Shown: piece by piece, positions 49,506 to 58,791 of the stretch | Numbering within the stretch: the stretch's first letter is position 1 | Layout of the letters: each line of letters begins with the position of its first letter | DNA from: Calditrichia bacterium | GTDB lineage: Bacteria > Calditrichota > Calditrichia > JAJRVZ01 | NCBI GenBank assembly: GCA_963796965.1 | Contig: CAWCNS010000009.1 | Span: forward strand, 640,001 to 704,000 | Direction: 5' to 3' | Length of the DNA stretch: 64,000 bases | The notes under the pieces: model-generated | Told to the model about the DNA's origin: nothing | The model's database searches: none | What the model saw: the letters and a program-made list of their open reading frames with translations, nothing else | Position numbers and translations under genes: made by a program

Positions 49506-50738
49506 ATGAAAAGATTTATTATACTTTTTTCATCGGTTATCCTTCTATCATATTCATGCAATTCCAATGATCCTGTAATAGTGGGTCTTGATCGGGTTCA
49601 GGAATTTTCATCTTTATTTGATGGTAAACAGATTGGAATAATCACCAATCATACCGCATACAATAATAAGGACCAACATATCACCGATGTATTTATGTCC
49701 TTGCCCAATATAAAAATTGTTGCCTTGTTTGGGCCAGAGCATGGTATTCGCGGAAAGAAGGCCGCCGGTCATAAAATAAATGATGACGTAGATCCGTATA
49801 GTGAAATTCCAATATATAGTTTATATGGTAAAAACAGGAAACCCACTCCAGAGAGACTATCTTCCATTGATATTCTAGTATTTGACATTCAGGATATTGG
49901 GTCAAGATTTTATACCTATATATACACCATGGCCCTCGCCATGGAGGCTGCAGCTGAATCGAACATTCCTTTTATTGTTCTCGATAGACCAAATCCAATA
50001 AATGGTATTGACGTTGAAGGCAATATTCTAGAACCAAACTTCTCTTCTTTCGTGGGTTTATACCCAATTCCAGTGCGACATGGTATGACCGTTGGCGAAC
50101 TGGCCCAGATGTTTAACCAGGAAGGCTGGCTAAAGGATGGTATAAAGGCCGATTTAAAAGTAATTCCCATAAAAAACTGGCAACGGCATCTGTGGTATGA
50201 CCAAACAGGATTGCCCTGGCGTCCGCCCTCCCCCAATATGCCATCTCTGGATGTTGCCACTGTATACCCCGGCACTTGTTTGTTTGAGGGAACGAATATA
50301 TCAGAAGGACGTGGGACCTATCAACCATTTTTGCGCATAGGGGCGCCATGGTTTACCGAGGACCAATTTTCGATTATAAATAAAATGGTGGATATTAAGG
50401 GGGCTCATTTAGGTCCCATAATCTTTACACCCACCTCAATACCTTCAATGGCGCCAAAACCAAAATTCCAAGATAAAAAGATCGCCGGTATTGCTTTATC
50501 CGTTACAGACCGGAGTAAATATAAACCCTATTTAACCGGAATAAGCCTCATAAAACAATTATATGATACGGATAGAGAAAACTTTAAATGGCGGGAAGGT
50601 CATTTTGATCGTTTATGCGGAACTGACAAGATCAGAAACCACATTGTAATGGGGAAGGATTTGCAGGACTTAATATCCTGGTTAGATAGAGAAGAAGAAC
50701 TTTTTAAAGAGGAGAGAATAAAGTACTTGCTCTACTGA
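49506..50738 (+). CDS. namZ: DUF1343 / NamZ exo-beta-N-acetylmuramidase, lipoprotein
   Basis: TNHT, GPEHG, SLYG, FDIQDIGSRFYTY, LDRPNP, RHGMT, PSPN, SEGRGT. Confidence 0.9.
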   Translation: MKRFIILFSSVILLSYSCNSNDPVIVGLDRVQEFSSLFDGKQIGIITNHTAYNNKDQHITDVFMSLPNIKIVALFGPEHGIRGKKAAGHKINDDVDPYSEIPIYSLYGKNRKPTPERLSSIDILVFDIQDIGSRFYTYIYTMALAMEAAAESNIPFIVLDRPNPINGIDVEGNILEPNFSSFVGLYPIPVRHGMTVGELAQMFNQEGWLKDGIKADLKVIPIKNWQRHLWYDQTGLPWRPPSPNMPSLDVATVYPGTCLFEGTNISEGRGTYQPFLRIGAPWFTEDQFSIINKMVDIKGAHLGPIIFTPTSIPSMAPKPKFQDKKIAGIALSVTDRSKYKPYLTGISLIKQLYDTDRENFKWREGHFDRLCGTDKIRNHIVMGKDLQDLISWLDREEELFKEERIKYLLY

Positions 50739-50766
50739 ATTTCAAATTATTAGCTTTTAGTGATAA

Positions 50767-51507
50767 CTATTTGTCTCGAATCTGGCTCGCTGTAATTATT
50801 ACACCGATAAGCGAGTCCTCAATATCAGTCAATGGCAAGCCAGCCCATCTAACATTAAAAGAGCCAATATATCCCGGGGTTTTGATCATAGCATCGATTG
50901 ATTTGGGCCTCGCTGTTTTTTTCATACATTTGCTGATCAATGAGTCGACCCCTGTCTGGTGAATAAAGGGAAAGGTGAAAATATTTCTGCCCTTCCAGTC
51001 ACCCGGTTCGTTTAAAAATGTTTTAATTTTGTCATTATATTCTTCAATAATGCCATCCCCATTCAAAAGTATAAACCCAACTTCATTTTGATCAAATAGC
51101 CAATAGAAATTTAAGTAGGGATCCAGAGAGGAGACTTTCTTGTATACTCCTGTTATATCTCTACTCTTTGCTTCGAGCCAGACAATATATCCAGACATAT
51201 CACCAATCGACTGCAAGGTAGAATCTTTAGCGATTCGCAATTCTTTAGAAAGACCTGAGGGTGTCGTATATAAAATATTTTGAACTGATTGAAATGAATA
51301 ATGTTTATCAATTAAAATTTGAGGTGTTTTTTGTGAGGGAAGAAACAATTCTTGCAATGTTATAAATCCGAGATGACTGTCATCAATCACTAGTATTTCT
51401 CGCGCATATCCGGATATATAGCGTAATATATTGGATTCATCAAAAATCAGGAATGCTTTTTTTCTGGTGTTAAAATGAACTTCAAGTAATTCGAACCAAT
51501 TTGTCAT
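50767..51507 (-). CDS. Tandem PAS-like domain protein
   Basis: Two PAS-like segments (AFLIFDESNILRYIS...; GFILLNGDGIIEEYN...LIGVII); no output domain. Confidence 0.55.
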   Translation of the reverse strand: MTNWFELLEVHFNTRKKAFLIFDESNILRYISGYAREILVIDDSHLGFITLQELFLPSQKTPQILIDKHYSFQSVQNILYTTPSGLSKELRIAKDSTLQSIGDMSGYIVWLEAKSRDITGVYKKVSSLDPYLNFYWLFDQNEVGFILLNGDGIIEEYNDKIKTFLNEPGDWKGRNIFTFPFIHQTGVDSLISKCMKKTARPKSIDAMIKTPGYIGSFNVRWAGLPLTDIEDSLIGVIITASQIRDK

Positions 51508-51519
51508 AATATAGAAAAT

Positions 51520-52575
51520 CTATTTACGGCTTATCTTTTTATGATCTGCAAAATAACTTATCAATGCATCGGTCAATATCTCCGGACCAAATCTTACAGG
51601 ATCTGTGGTTGGTAACCCCGTTTTATTCTGGAGGTCCATTACTATTTCCTTCGCCTTTTCATCATTCAGATTATAGGTATTTACTGATATACCGATAACC
51701 TTGGCGGGTTTGACAAAAGCAAGCATCTGCTCGTGTAAATTAATAATTCTGGCAATATTATTTGTATCAACCCCATATTCGGAAACACCAACATCAGTAC
51801 GGTGGCATAAGATCATAGCATCCGGAAGACATCCATGCATGATACCTAGTGCAACGGGGGAAAATCCAAGATGTTGAATTGAACCTTGTCCTTCCACAAA
51901 TACAAATTCATAATTACCATCAATCGATGCCGTTGCGGCTTCAATATTTCCAGAAATAAAATCTCCTTTTATCGAATCAATTGGCACGCCTTTACCCTTC
52001 AACAAGATTCCAATCTGCCCTGTTGCCAACCAATCAGCAGACTTTCCCCTCTCTTGCATATCTTTTACCAATTCTAGCGTTGTTGTCATTTTTCCTATAT
52101 TACCATGCGTTCCAACAGTCAGAATGATTTTAGATCTAAATCTTTTTGCAATTCCCCTTGCCAACAGATCTGGTTTTTTACTTTTTCTGAGATCAGTAAT
52201 ACGAATCCGATATTTTTCTGCTAGCACGGTAAACTCAGCGATATCACTTAAAAACTCATGTAATCCAGAAACAATGTGTAACCGGTTCTGAATAGCATTG
52301 ATTATCAATGGATACCACTGTGAAGGGAATTTCCCTCCTGCAGGTGATATACCAATAAGCAAAGTATTAGGATCGTGTCTTAAGGATTCATCTAGAGTAT
52401 CATATACGGGAATATCTCCGCCAAACCCCACAACTTCTTGAACTGTTTTACCAGAGTTTGATGAGTCGATAACAGCTACAACCTGATCATTTAAATATCG
52501 GATAGCTCCATTTGCCATCTTTGATGTTACGGGACCTAGTTTCTTATCCGCCAAGATTACTATTCTTCTTTTCAT
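51520..52575 (-). CDS. DUF1611-family protein (P-loop; DgcN-like)
   Basis: KMANGAIRY, SGLHEFL, VGT..NIGKMTT, ATGQ, VEGQGS, DAMILCH. Confidence 0.85.
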   Translation of the reverse strand: MKRRIVILADKKLGPVTSKMANGAIRYLNDQVVAVIDSSNSGKTVQEVVGFGGDIPVYDTLDESLRHDPNTLLIGISPAGGKFPSQWYPLIINAIQNRLHIVSGLHEFLSDIAEFTVLAEKYRIRITDLRKSKKPDLLARGIAKRFRSKIILTVGTHGNIGKMTTTLELVKDMQERGKSADWLATGQIGILLKGKGVPIDSIKGDFISGNIEAATASIDGNYEFVFVEGQGSIQHLGFSPVALGIMHGCLPDAMILCHRTDVGVSEYGVDTNNIARIINLHEQMLAFVKPAKVIGISVNTYNLNDEKAKEIVMDLQNKTGLPTTDPVRFGPEILTDALISYFADHKKISRK

Positions 52576-52779
52576 ATCAATCCATTTTTTGAGAGTTTTC
52601 TTAGATAATCACACGATTAGTATATACTTTTTTATAAACAGGAACGGGACTATGATTTTTAACAAATTATTCTAAACTGTTCTGACTCACTATAAAATCA
52701 GGATAAAAAGATAACAATATATAAGATAATATAAAGAGATAAGCTAAAAAATAATATTGATTTAAGCAATCCTGAAATT

Positions 52780-53232
52780 TTATTCTATATTTTGAAGATA
52801 TGGTTTTATTTTTTTAAAAGTCTTCGGCCCAATCCCTTTAATCTTTTGTAAATCACTAATAGATTTGAATAATCCATGCGATACACGATAATTTATAATT
52901 CTCTCAGCAATAGCTGGGCCAATTCTTGGTAGTTGTGTAAATTCTTGTTTGGTTGCCCTATTAATATTAAGTAAAAGATTCTCGTTTTTTTTTACAGGAT
53001 CAGATTGAATTATTTTGCTTCTCCCTTCGTTAGATATTCTTTTGGGGATAAGTTGATTTTTTGAGATTTCTGGACGAATATGGCTTAGACGTGAGAAAAG
53101 ACTATCCGACTCAGAGTAGTCTATACTTGGTGGAGCTATGGAAGAGGCCGTGAAGATCTGAATTCCTGCGGCAATCAGGATTACAGAAACAATAATAATT
53201 ATAGTTCGTTTCTCTGATTGTGTGAGATACAT
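52780..53232 (-). CDS. comEA: ComEA-like helix-hairpin-helix DNA-binding protein
   Basis: N-terminal TM; NINRAT..F..LPRIGPAIAERII.YR...F....DL.KIKGIGPK. Confidence 0.85.
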   Translation of the reverse strand: MYLTQSEKRTIIIIVSVILIAAGIQIFTASSIAPPSIDYSESDSLFSRLSHIRPEISKNQLIPKRISNEGRSKIIQSDPVKKNENLLLNINRATKQEFTQLPRIGPAIAERIINYRVSHGLFKSISDLQKIKGIGPKTFKKIKPYLQNIE

Positions 53233-53248
53233 CTTAAATATGCCAAAT

Positions 53249-54391
53249 CTAAATATTCAGGGCCTCTTTAAATTTCTCAAAAATGTTCTTGTGGCCATCT
53301 GCAGAAGGTTTCAGACTCTCAAGTGATTCCAGTTCTTTTATTTTAGTTTTTTCATCATTATTGAGCTTTGTGGGAATATATACCTGTACCTGTACAAGCT
53401 GGTCTCCTATTCCCGCACCATGAACATTGGGGATACCTTTGTTCCGCATACGCAGTATTTTACCAGCTTGAGTTCCAGCTGGGATGCTGATTTTTGCTTT
53501 CCCTGTCAGAGTCGGGATTTCCAGAGAGGTCCCCAAGACGGCCTGAGGATAACTCACAGGTAAAACCATGATCACATCATTTCCCGACCTTTCAAAGATC
53601 GGATGTCTCTGTTCTTCTATATATACAATCAGATCGCCTGCAGGTCCACTACGCTTACCTACATTACCCTCTCCCTTTAGCGGGATATAATTTCCGGATG
53701 CTACTCCCGCTGGAATATTTATTTCAATATTTTTTTCACCCATTTCGCGTCCATCACCCTGACACGTTCGGCATGGATTTGAGACAATACTTCCCTGGCC
53801 ATTACACCGGGTACAGGTTGTTATGTTTACCATTTGGCCAAAAAGGGATTGTGTAACCTGTCGCATTTCTCCGGATCCGTGACAAACCGGACATTGAACA
53901 GGTTGAGAATCTCGCAATGAACCGCTTCCACTACATGTATGGCAAACTATGTGCTTCTTTACTTTAATTTTCTTAGTAACGCCCGTGGCTATTTCTTCCA
54001 AATTGATGCGTAACCGAATTTGCAGATCGCCCCCACGATTAGTGGACTGCCTTCTTCGACGGCCACCGCCTCCAAAAATATCGCCAAAACCACCACCAAA
54101 AATATCCCCGAACGCACTGAAGATATCTTCAATATTACTAAAACCACCAAAATCACCAGCACCCGAAGTAGCACTATGCCCAAATCTATCATAACGAGCC
54201 CGTTTTTCCGGGTCGCTTAATATGGCATATGCCTCAGCAATTTCTTTAAATTTTTCTTCGGCCTCTGAATTACCAGGATTTTTATCTGGATGATATTGTA
54301 TAGCTAGTTTACGATAGGCTTTTTTTATTTCGTCTGTTGATGCCTCGCGTGAAATTCCAAGTATCTCATATAAATCTCGTTTTGTCGTCAT
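53249..54391 (-). CDS. dnaJ: Chaperone DnaJ
   Basis: J domain with HPD, G/F-rich region, four CxxCxGxG repeats. Confidence 0.97.
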   Translation of the reverse strand: MTTKRDLYEILGISREASTDEIKKAYRKLAIQYHPDKNPGNSEAEEKFKEIAEAYAILSDPEKRARYDRFGHSATSGAGDFGGFSNIEDIFSAFGDIFGGGFGDIFGGGGRRRRQSTNRGGDLQIRLRINLEEIATGVTKKIKVKKHIVCHTCSGSGSLRDSQPVQCPVCHGSGEMRQVTQSLFGQMVNITTCTRCNGQGSIVSNPCRTCQGDGREMGEKNIEINIPAGVASGNYIPLKGEGNVGKRSGPAGDLIVYIEEQRHPIFERSGNDVIMVLPVSYPQAVLGTSLEIPTLTGKAKISIPAGTQAGKILRMRNKGIPNVHGAGIGDQLVQVQVYIPTKLNNDEKTKIKELESLESLKPSADGHKNIFEKFKEALNI

Positions 54392-54407
54392 TTATAAATC
54401 CAATTTT

Positions 54408-54938
54408 TTATTTTGATACGATAACCTGTGCATGACGTACAACTTTGTCATTCAGGCTATATCCTTTTAAATGTTCTTCAATAATTATGCCACTTTCAAC
54501 ATTTGGCTTCTCAATTTGCATCAGAGCCTCATGTTTTTCAGGATCAAATTCATAGCCCTGAGCTTCCATTTTTTGCAGACCCTGTTTTTCTAGTGTTCCA
54601 ACCAATTTTTTTGCAACCAATTCTACGCCCTCGAGTAGAGAATCCACTTCTTCACTTTTTTTTGCGTGATCAATTGACCTCTCCAAATCATCCAGAATGG
54701 GCAGAAGTTCTGCTATTAACTTTTCATTCGCATTGAGAACCCTATCATAAAATTCACGCTCAGTCCTCTTCTTAAAATTGTCAAACTCTGCTGTTTTTCG
54801 GAGAACCTGGTCTTTTAGATGAGATATTTCTTCCTTTAACTTTTTACTTTCGATCAAATATTTATTGGGTTTCTTCTTTTGATTCTGTTTTTTTTCATCT
54901 GCTTGTTTATTTTTTTTTGCTGTGCTCTCAACAGTCAT
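54408..54938 (-). CDS. grpE: Nucleotide exchange factor GrpE
   Basis: AEFDNFKKR, LLPILDDLERS, FDPEKHEA, KGY...VRHAQV; start 54938 after AGGGAG. Confidence 0.95.
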   Translation of the reverse strand: MTVESTAKKNKQADEKKQNQKKKPNKYLIESKKLKEEISHLKDQVLRKTAEFDNFKKRTEREFYDRVLNANEKLIAELLPILDDLERSIDHAKKSEEVDSLLEGVELVAKKLVGTLEKQGLQKMEAQGYEFDPEKHEALMQIEKPNVESGIIIEEHLKGYSLNDKVVRHAQVIVSK

Positions 54939-55027
54939 ACTAATCTCCCTTTCTACATCTATTAGAGCATTTAAAGGATCCATAGTAATTAATCCTTTAA
55001 TATGGGAACCTAATAATTTTATTATCT

Positions 55028-56059
55028 TTATTTTGATTGAAGGATATTTGTAATAAATCTTGCTGTAAAATCCACGATGGGGATTACGCGGCTATAAACC
55101 ATTCGTGTCGGACCAATAACACCCAATATACCATCAACATCTCCAACTGTGTATGGAGCTGTGATAATACTACAATTCTGAATCAATTCTTCCTCATTTT
55201 CCGCACCAATGGTGACCTTTAATTCCGGGGGGATACTTCTTTTTTCCATCATATGAACAATTATGTTTTTATCTTCAAATAATTCGATAAGCGTTGAGAA
55301 TTTATTTACATCAGAGAACTCCGGATAATTTAGGATATTTGTAGTTCCGGAGTATATGACATTTGAATACCGTGTAAAATCAAACAACTTATCTGCTGAA
55401 TCTATAAAAAGACGTATTAATCCAGATTCTTCATCAACCATATCCTTGAGGCGGTCATGAAAAGAGCTTTTAATTTGACTGATTCTCAGTCCAGCCAACC
55501 TCTCATTTAATAATTGAATCGTTTCTATAAGATGCGTTTCAGAAAGTTCGTGATTAACTTCAAGCAGAATCGTTTTGGCAATTCCATCCTTGATACTCAA
55601 TACGACCAAAAGCTTTTCACTCGAAGATCGGATAACATCGATCTTCTCAAGAGTTCCTTCATCAAATTTTGGCGTTAACAATACACCAAGCATGTTAGAG
55701 ACTTTGGCCAAAACGAACATGGTCTTTTCTAGGATTAAATCTATATCACCACTAAAATCTCCTATATTTTCCTTAATAAGGATTTTCTCTTCCTCTGTAA
55801 GATCACTTAAATCAATGACATTGTCCACATAATGCCTGTATCCTTTTGTTGTGGGAACTCTACCGGCGGAGGTGTGAGGATGATCAAGAAAACCCTTTTC
55901 TTCAAGATCTGCCATTACATTGCGAATTGAAGCAGGACTTAGGGTTCGGCTTCGAACCTTCGATATCGTCCGGGAGCCCACAGGATTACCTGTAAGTACA
56001 AAATTCCGTACGACCGATTCTAATATTTCCTGCTCTCTGTCTGTGAGGATTAAATCCAT
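55028..56059 (-). CDS. hrcA: Heat-inducible transcription repressor HrcA
   Basis: PVGSR, SPASIRNVMADLE, HTSAGRVPT..GYR.YV, IGPTRM.Y. Confidence 0.95.
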   Translation of the reverse strand: MDLILTDREQEILESVVRNFVLTGNPVGSRTISKVRSRTLSPASIRNVMADLEEKGFLDHPHTSAGRVPTTKGYRHYVDNVIDLSDLTEEEKILIKENIGDFSGDIDLILEKTMFVLAKVSNMLGVLLTPKFDEGTLEKIDVIRSSSEKLLVVLSIKDGIAKTILLEVNHELSETHLIETIQLLNERLAGLRISQIKSSFHDRLKDMVDEESGLIRLFIDSADKLFDFTRYSNVIYSGTTNILNYPEFSDVNKFSTLIELFEDKNIIVHMMEKRSIPPELKVTIGAENEEELIQNCSIITAPYTVGDVDGILGVIGPTRMVYSRVIPIVDFTARFITNILQSK

Positions 56060-56093
56060 TTTGATTACAATACCTTTTCCAAAAATGACCTGA

Positions 56094-56122
56094 AATTTAG
56101 TATCTATTTTTTCGCAAGTCAA
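56094..56122 (-). promoter_or_regulatory. Sigma70 promoter of hrcA
   Basis: TTGACT (56122-56117), 17-nt spacer, TAAATT (56099-56094). Confidence 0.6.
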
Positions 56123-56197
56123 GGTTCATAATGGTTATACGATCCAAGTAATATGAGAGTTTCGTTAAAACATGTGGACAAATACTTAGACAGACAA

Positions 56198-57056
56198 CTA
56201 TATGATTTTCAAGTACTTACTGACACTCATTCGCGCACTTATAAAACCAACCATCACTCCAAATGCGAGAAGACAGGCAAATACAACAGGATGATATTCA
56301 ATATATGGATAGATATATATGCCAATTAATTTAATACCATAAAATATTATAGCTGATGAAAATGAAGCTCCTACAAAACCCTGAATCATTCCTTCAACGA
56401 TAAATGGTCTCTTTATAAAACTTTCGGTTGCCCCTACCAAACGCATGATATGGATCATATCTCTCCGGGCATGAATGGTTAAGCGGATGGTATTATAGAT
56501 TAATCCAATAGTAATGACCGTAATAATAAATCCCACAAGACTGGCGAGAATAAATATCACATTAATAGTTTGATTTATTTTTTCCAAAAGAGGCTCATTA
56601 TAAATAACCTCGTCCACATGCGATAATAATTCAAGTTTTTTCTTCAATTTAGAAACTTCAGCGGAATTACGATATCCATCCTTGATTTCAATAATTACCG
56701 AAGCTGGAAAAGGATTATATTCCAATAATTCTAATACATCTTGCCCAAAATCTTCTTTAAACCTTTCGGGTGCCTTTGCTCTAGGAATCAGTTCAATTGA
56801 ATTTACGCCTTCGACACCCTTTATTCTGCTCGTCAGGTTTTCAATTTCTTTATCAGTAGTACCAAACTCAATGATTAGCTCAACATCAATTTTCTCTCTG
56901 ACAAACCCAATCCAAGTATGAAGATTCATTCCAAATATAAAAAAAAGACCTATCAATAGTATGGATAGCGTAATTGAAGAGATTGACATCGTCATTGCTA
57001 GACGAGCCTTTAAAGATTCCTTTAAATCCTTCACTGATACTAAAACCCAGGCTCAT
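56198..57056 (-). CDS. ftsX: Cell-division permease FtsX (+1 frameshift near 57007)
   Basis: ATG 57056 overlaps the ftsE stop (ATGA); MSLGFSISEGFKGIFK joins ARLAMTMSISS if one base is removed (AAAG[G]CT); NTIRLTI.ARR..I.IMRLVGAT..FIKRPF..EG. Confidence 0.88.
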
Positions 57057-57706
57057 AGTTCCTTCAATTCTCCATTATTCATACTTAATGTTGGATGTGG
57101 AAATTGCTTAATGAGGGAATAATTGTGGGTAGCCATTAGAATCGCTGTTCCTCTCTTATTTATCGCTTCCAGAATTTCCAATACCTCTATGGCAGATTGT
57201 GGATCGAGATTTCCAGTAGGTTCATCAGCTAATAAAATAAATGGTTCATTGACCAAAGCTCGTGCAATGGCAACCCGTTGTTGTTCACCACCAGACAACT
57301 CTCTCGGATAGTGGTTGCGACGGTGACCAAGACCTAATTCCGTCAAAAGGGGCAAAACTTTCTTTTTAATAGTTGAAGATTTTATTCCCGTTACACGAAG
57401 AGCAAAGGCAACATTATCAAATACATTGCGGTCATGTAGTAACTTAAAATCCTGGAATACCACGCCCACTTTTCTCCTAATATATGGGATTTCTCTTATT
57501 TTTATCTTTGCTGAACTAAATTGATTTACAATCACCGTTCCAGCATCAGGAAATTCATCGAAATATATCAATTTTAGCACGCTGGATTTTCCGGCACCAG
57601 TCGGACCAATTAAATAAACAAATTCTCCTTTTTTAATCTGAAAGGTGACATGATTAAGAATCCGCTTATTTCCGTAATTTAAATCAACATTAAAAAATTG
57701 TACCAT
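57053..57706 (-). CDS. ftsE: Cell-division ABC ATPase FtsE
   Basis: GPTGAGKS, VFQDFKLL, LSGGEQQRVAIARA, LADEPTGNLD. Confidence 0.95.
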   Translation of the reverse strand: MVQFFNVDLNYGNKRILNHVTFQIKKGEFVYLIGPTGAGKSSVLKLIYFDEFPDAGTVIVNQFSSAKIKIREIPYIRRKVGVVFQDFKLLHDRNVFDNVAFALRVTGIKSSTIKKKVLPLLTELGLGHRRNHYPRELSGGEQQRVAIARALVNEPFILLADEPTGNLDPQSAIEVLEILEAINKRGTAILMATHNYSLIKQFPHPTLSMNNGELKEL

Positions 57707-57757
57707 ATATGCCAGTAATTAACTTAATGATTTTATGATAACAGGATCAGAGAGTGT

Positions 57758-58489
57758 CTATCGGCATTTACATACCAAATGCATCCGTCCAGATTCCTTG
57801 TCTGCTTTCTCAAACGAAAATTCGTCAAAAATATTAACAATCTCAAATGAATGTTCAGTTAATATATCACTGAGAAATTCCACTGAATAAACACGCTGTG
57901 AATGTTTCTCAAAATAGGTTTTACCATTTATAACTATTCTGAAGTCGTTAAATTGCATTCCCTTTTCTTGATTATAATAACTATGACGGTTATACCCAAC
58001 ATTATCCCAATACTCACTCTCATGATAATCAGCATAATGCTCTCTGCAATGTGATGCTGATACAATATCAAAAATAAACAGACCATCTGCAGTTAAAATC
58101 CGATGTACTTCCTTTAATGAGCCTTTTAGGTCATCTAATTGTGTTATGTAGTTCAGGGAGTCATATAAAAACAAAGCACAATCCACCGAATTATCTTTAA
58201 TTGCCATTCTTCGAACATCATTTGTAAAAAGGGGCGTTTGGCTGTGTTTTTCCCTGGCCAGAGCAATCATAGAGCTCGCTTGATCACACCCATATGTTTT
58301 CTCAAAATTATTTTTAACGTGAAATAAAAGGCTACCCGTTCCACATGACAAATCTATAACAGAATTTATATTCATCTCCAGTCGGTTGATCAGACTTAAG
58401 ATATATAATGCCCAATTTTCATAATCAACATGATCCATTAGCTGATCATAAATAAAAGCTAACTTTTCGTAAGGATTAACTTCTTTCAT
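57758..58489 (-). CDS. Class I SAM-dependent methyltransferase
   Basis: YDQLM..VDY..W, IDLSCGTG, DSLNY, GLFIFD. Confidence 0.88.
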   Translation of the reverse strand: MKEVNPYEKLAFIYDQLMDHVDYENWALYILSLINRLEMNINSVIDLSCGTGSLLFHVKNNFEKTYGCDQASSMIALAREKHSQTPLFTNDVRRMAIKDNSVDCALFLYDSLNYITQLDDLKGSLKEVHRILTADGLFIFDIVSASHCREHYADYHESEYWDNVGYNRHSYYNQEKGMQFNDFRIVINGKTYFEKHSQRVYSVEFLSDILTEHSFEIVNIFDEFSFEKADKESGRMHLVCKCR

Positions 58490-58791
58490 AGGTATTATTT
58501 GGGGATTTTCCCATTATTTAGAATTTAATGTTTAAAAAAAGGTTTTAATAGTAAACCCTATTGGTCTTAAATAAAACTGGTGTCAAAATATCTGAAATTA
58601 CGAACTGGTTTTATAATATAGAGGAAATGTCTGCCCAAATCTATGACGAATTATTTTTGTTTGCAATTCAATCTCAACCCTATTAAACTCACCAAACATA
58701 ATTCATGATAACACTCTGTAATTTTCACAGTCTGTTAATTAAATTTGCAGAACCTTAAAAAAATTTTAACCCGTCAAAATAAGATTGATCT

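Noticed and set aside
52780..53232. comEA as part of the nucleoside BMC system
   Set aside because: Lies 5 kb away on the opposite strand at the end of the dnaJ operon; no evidence of linkage.
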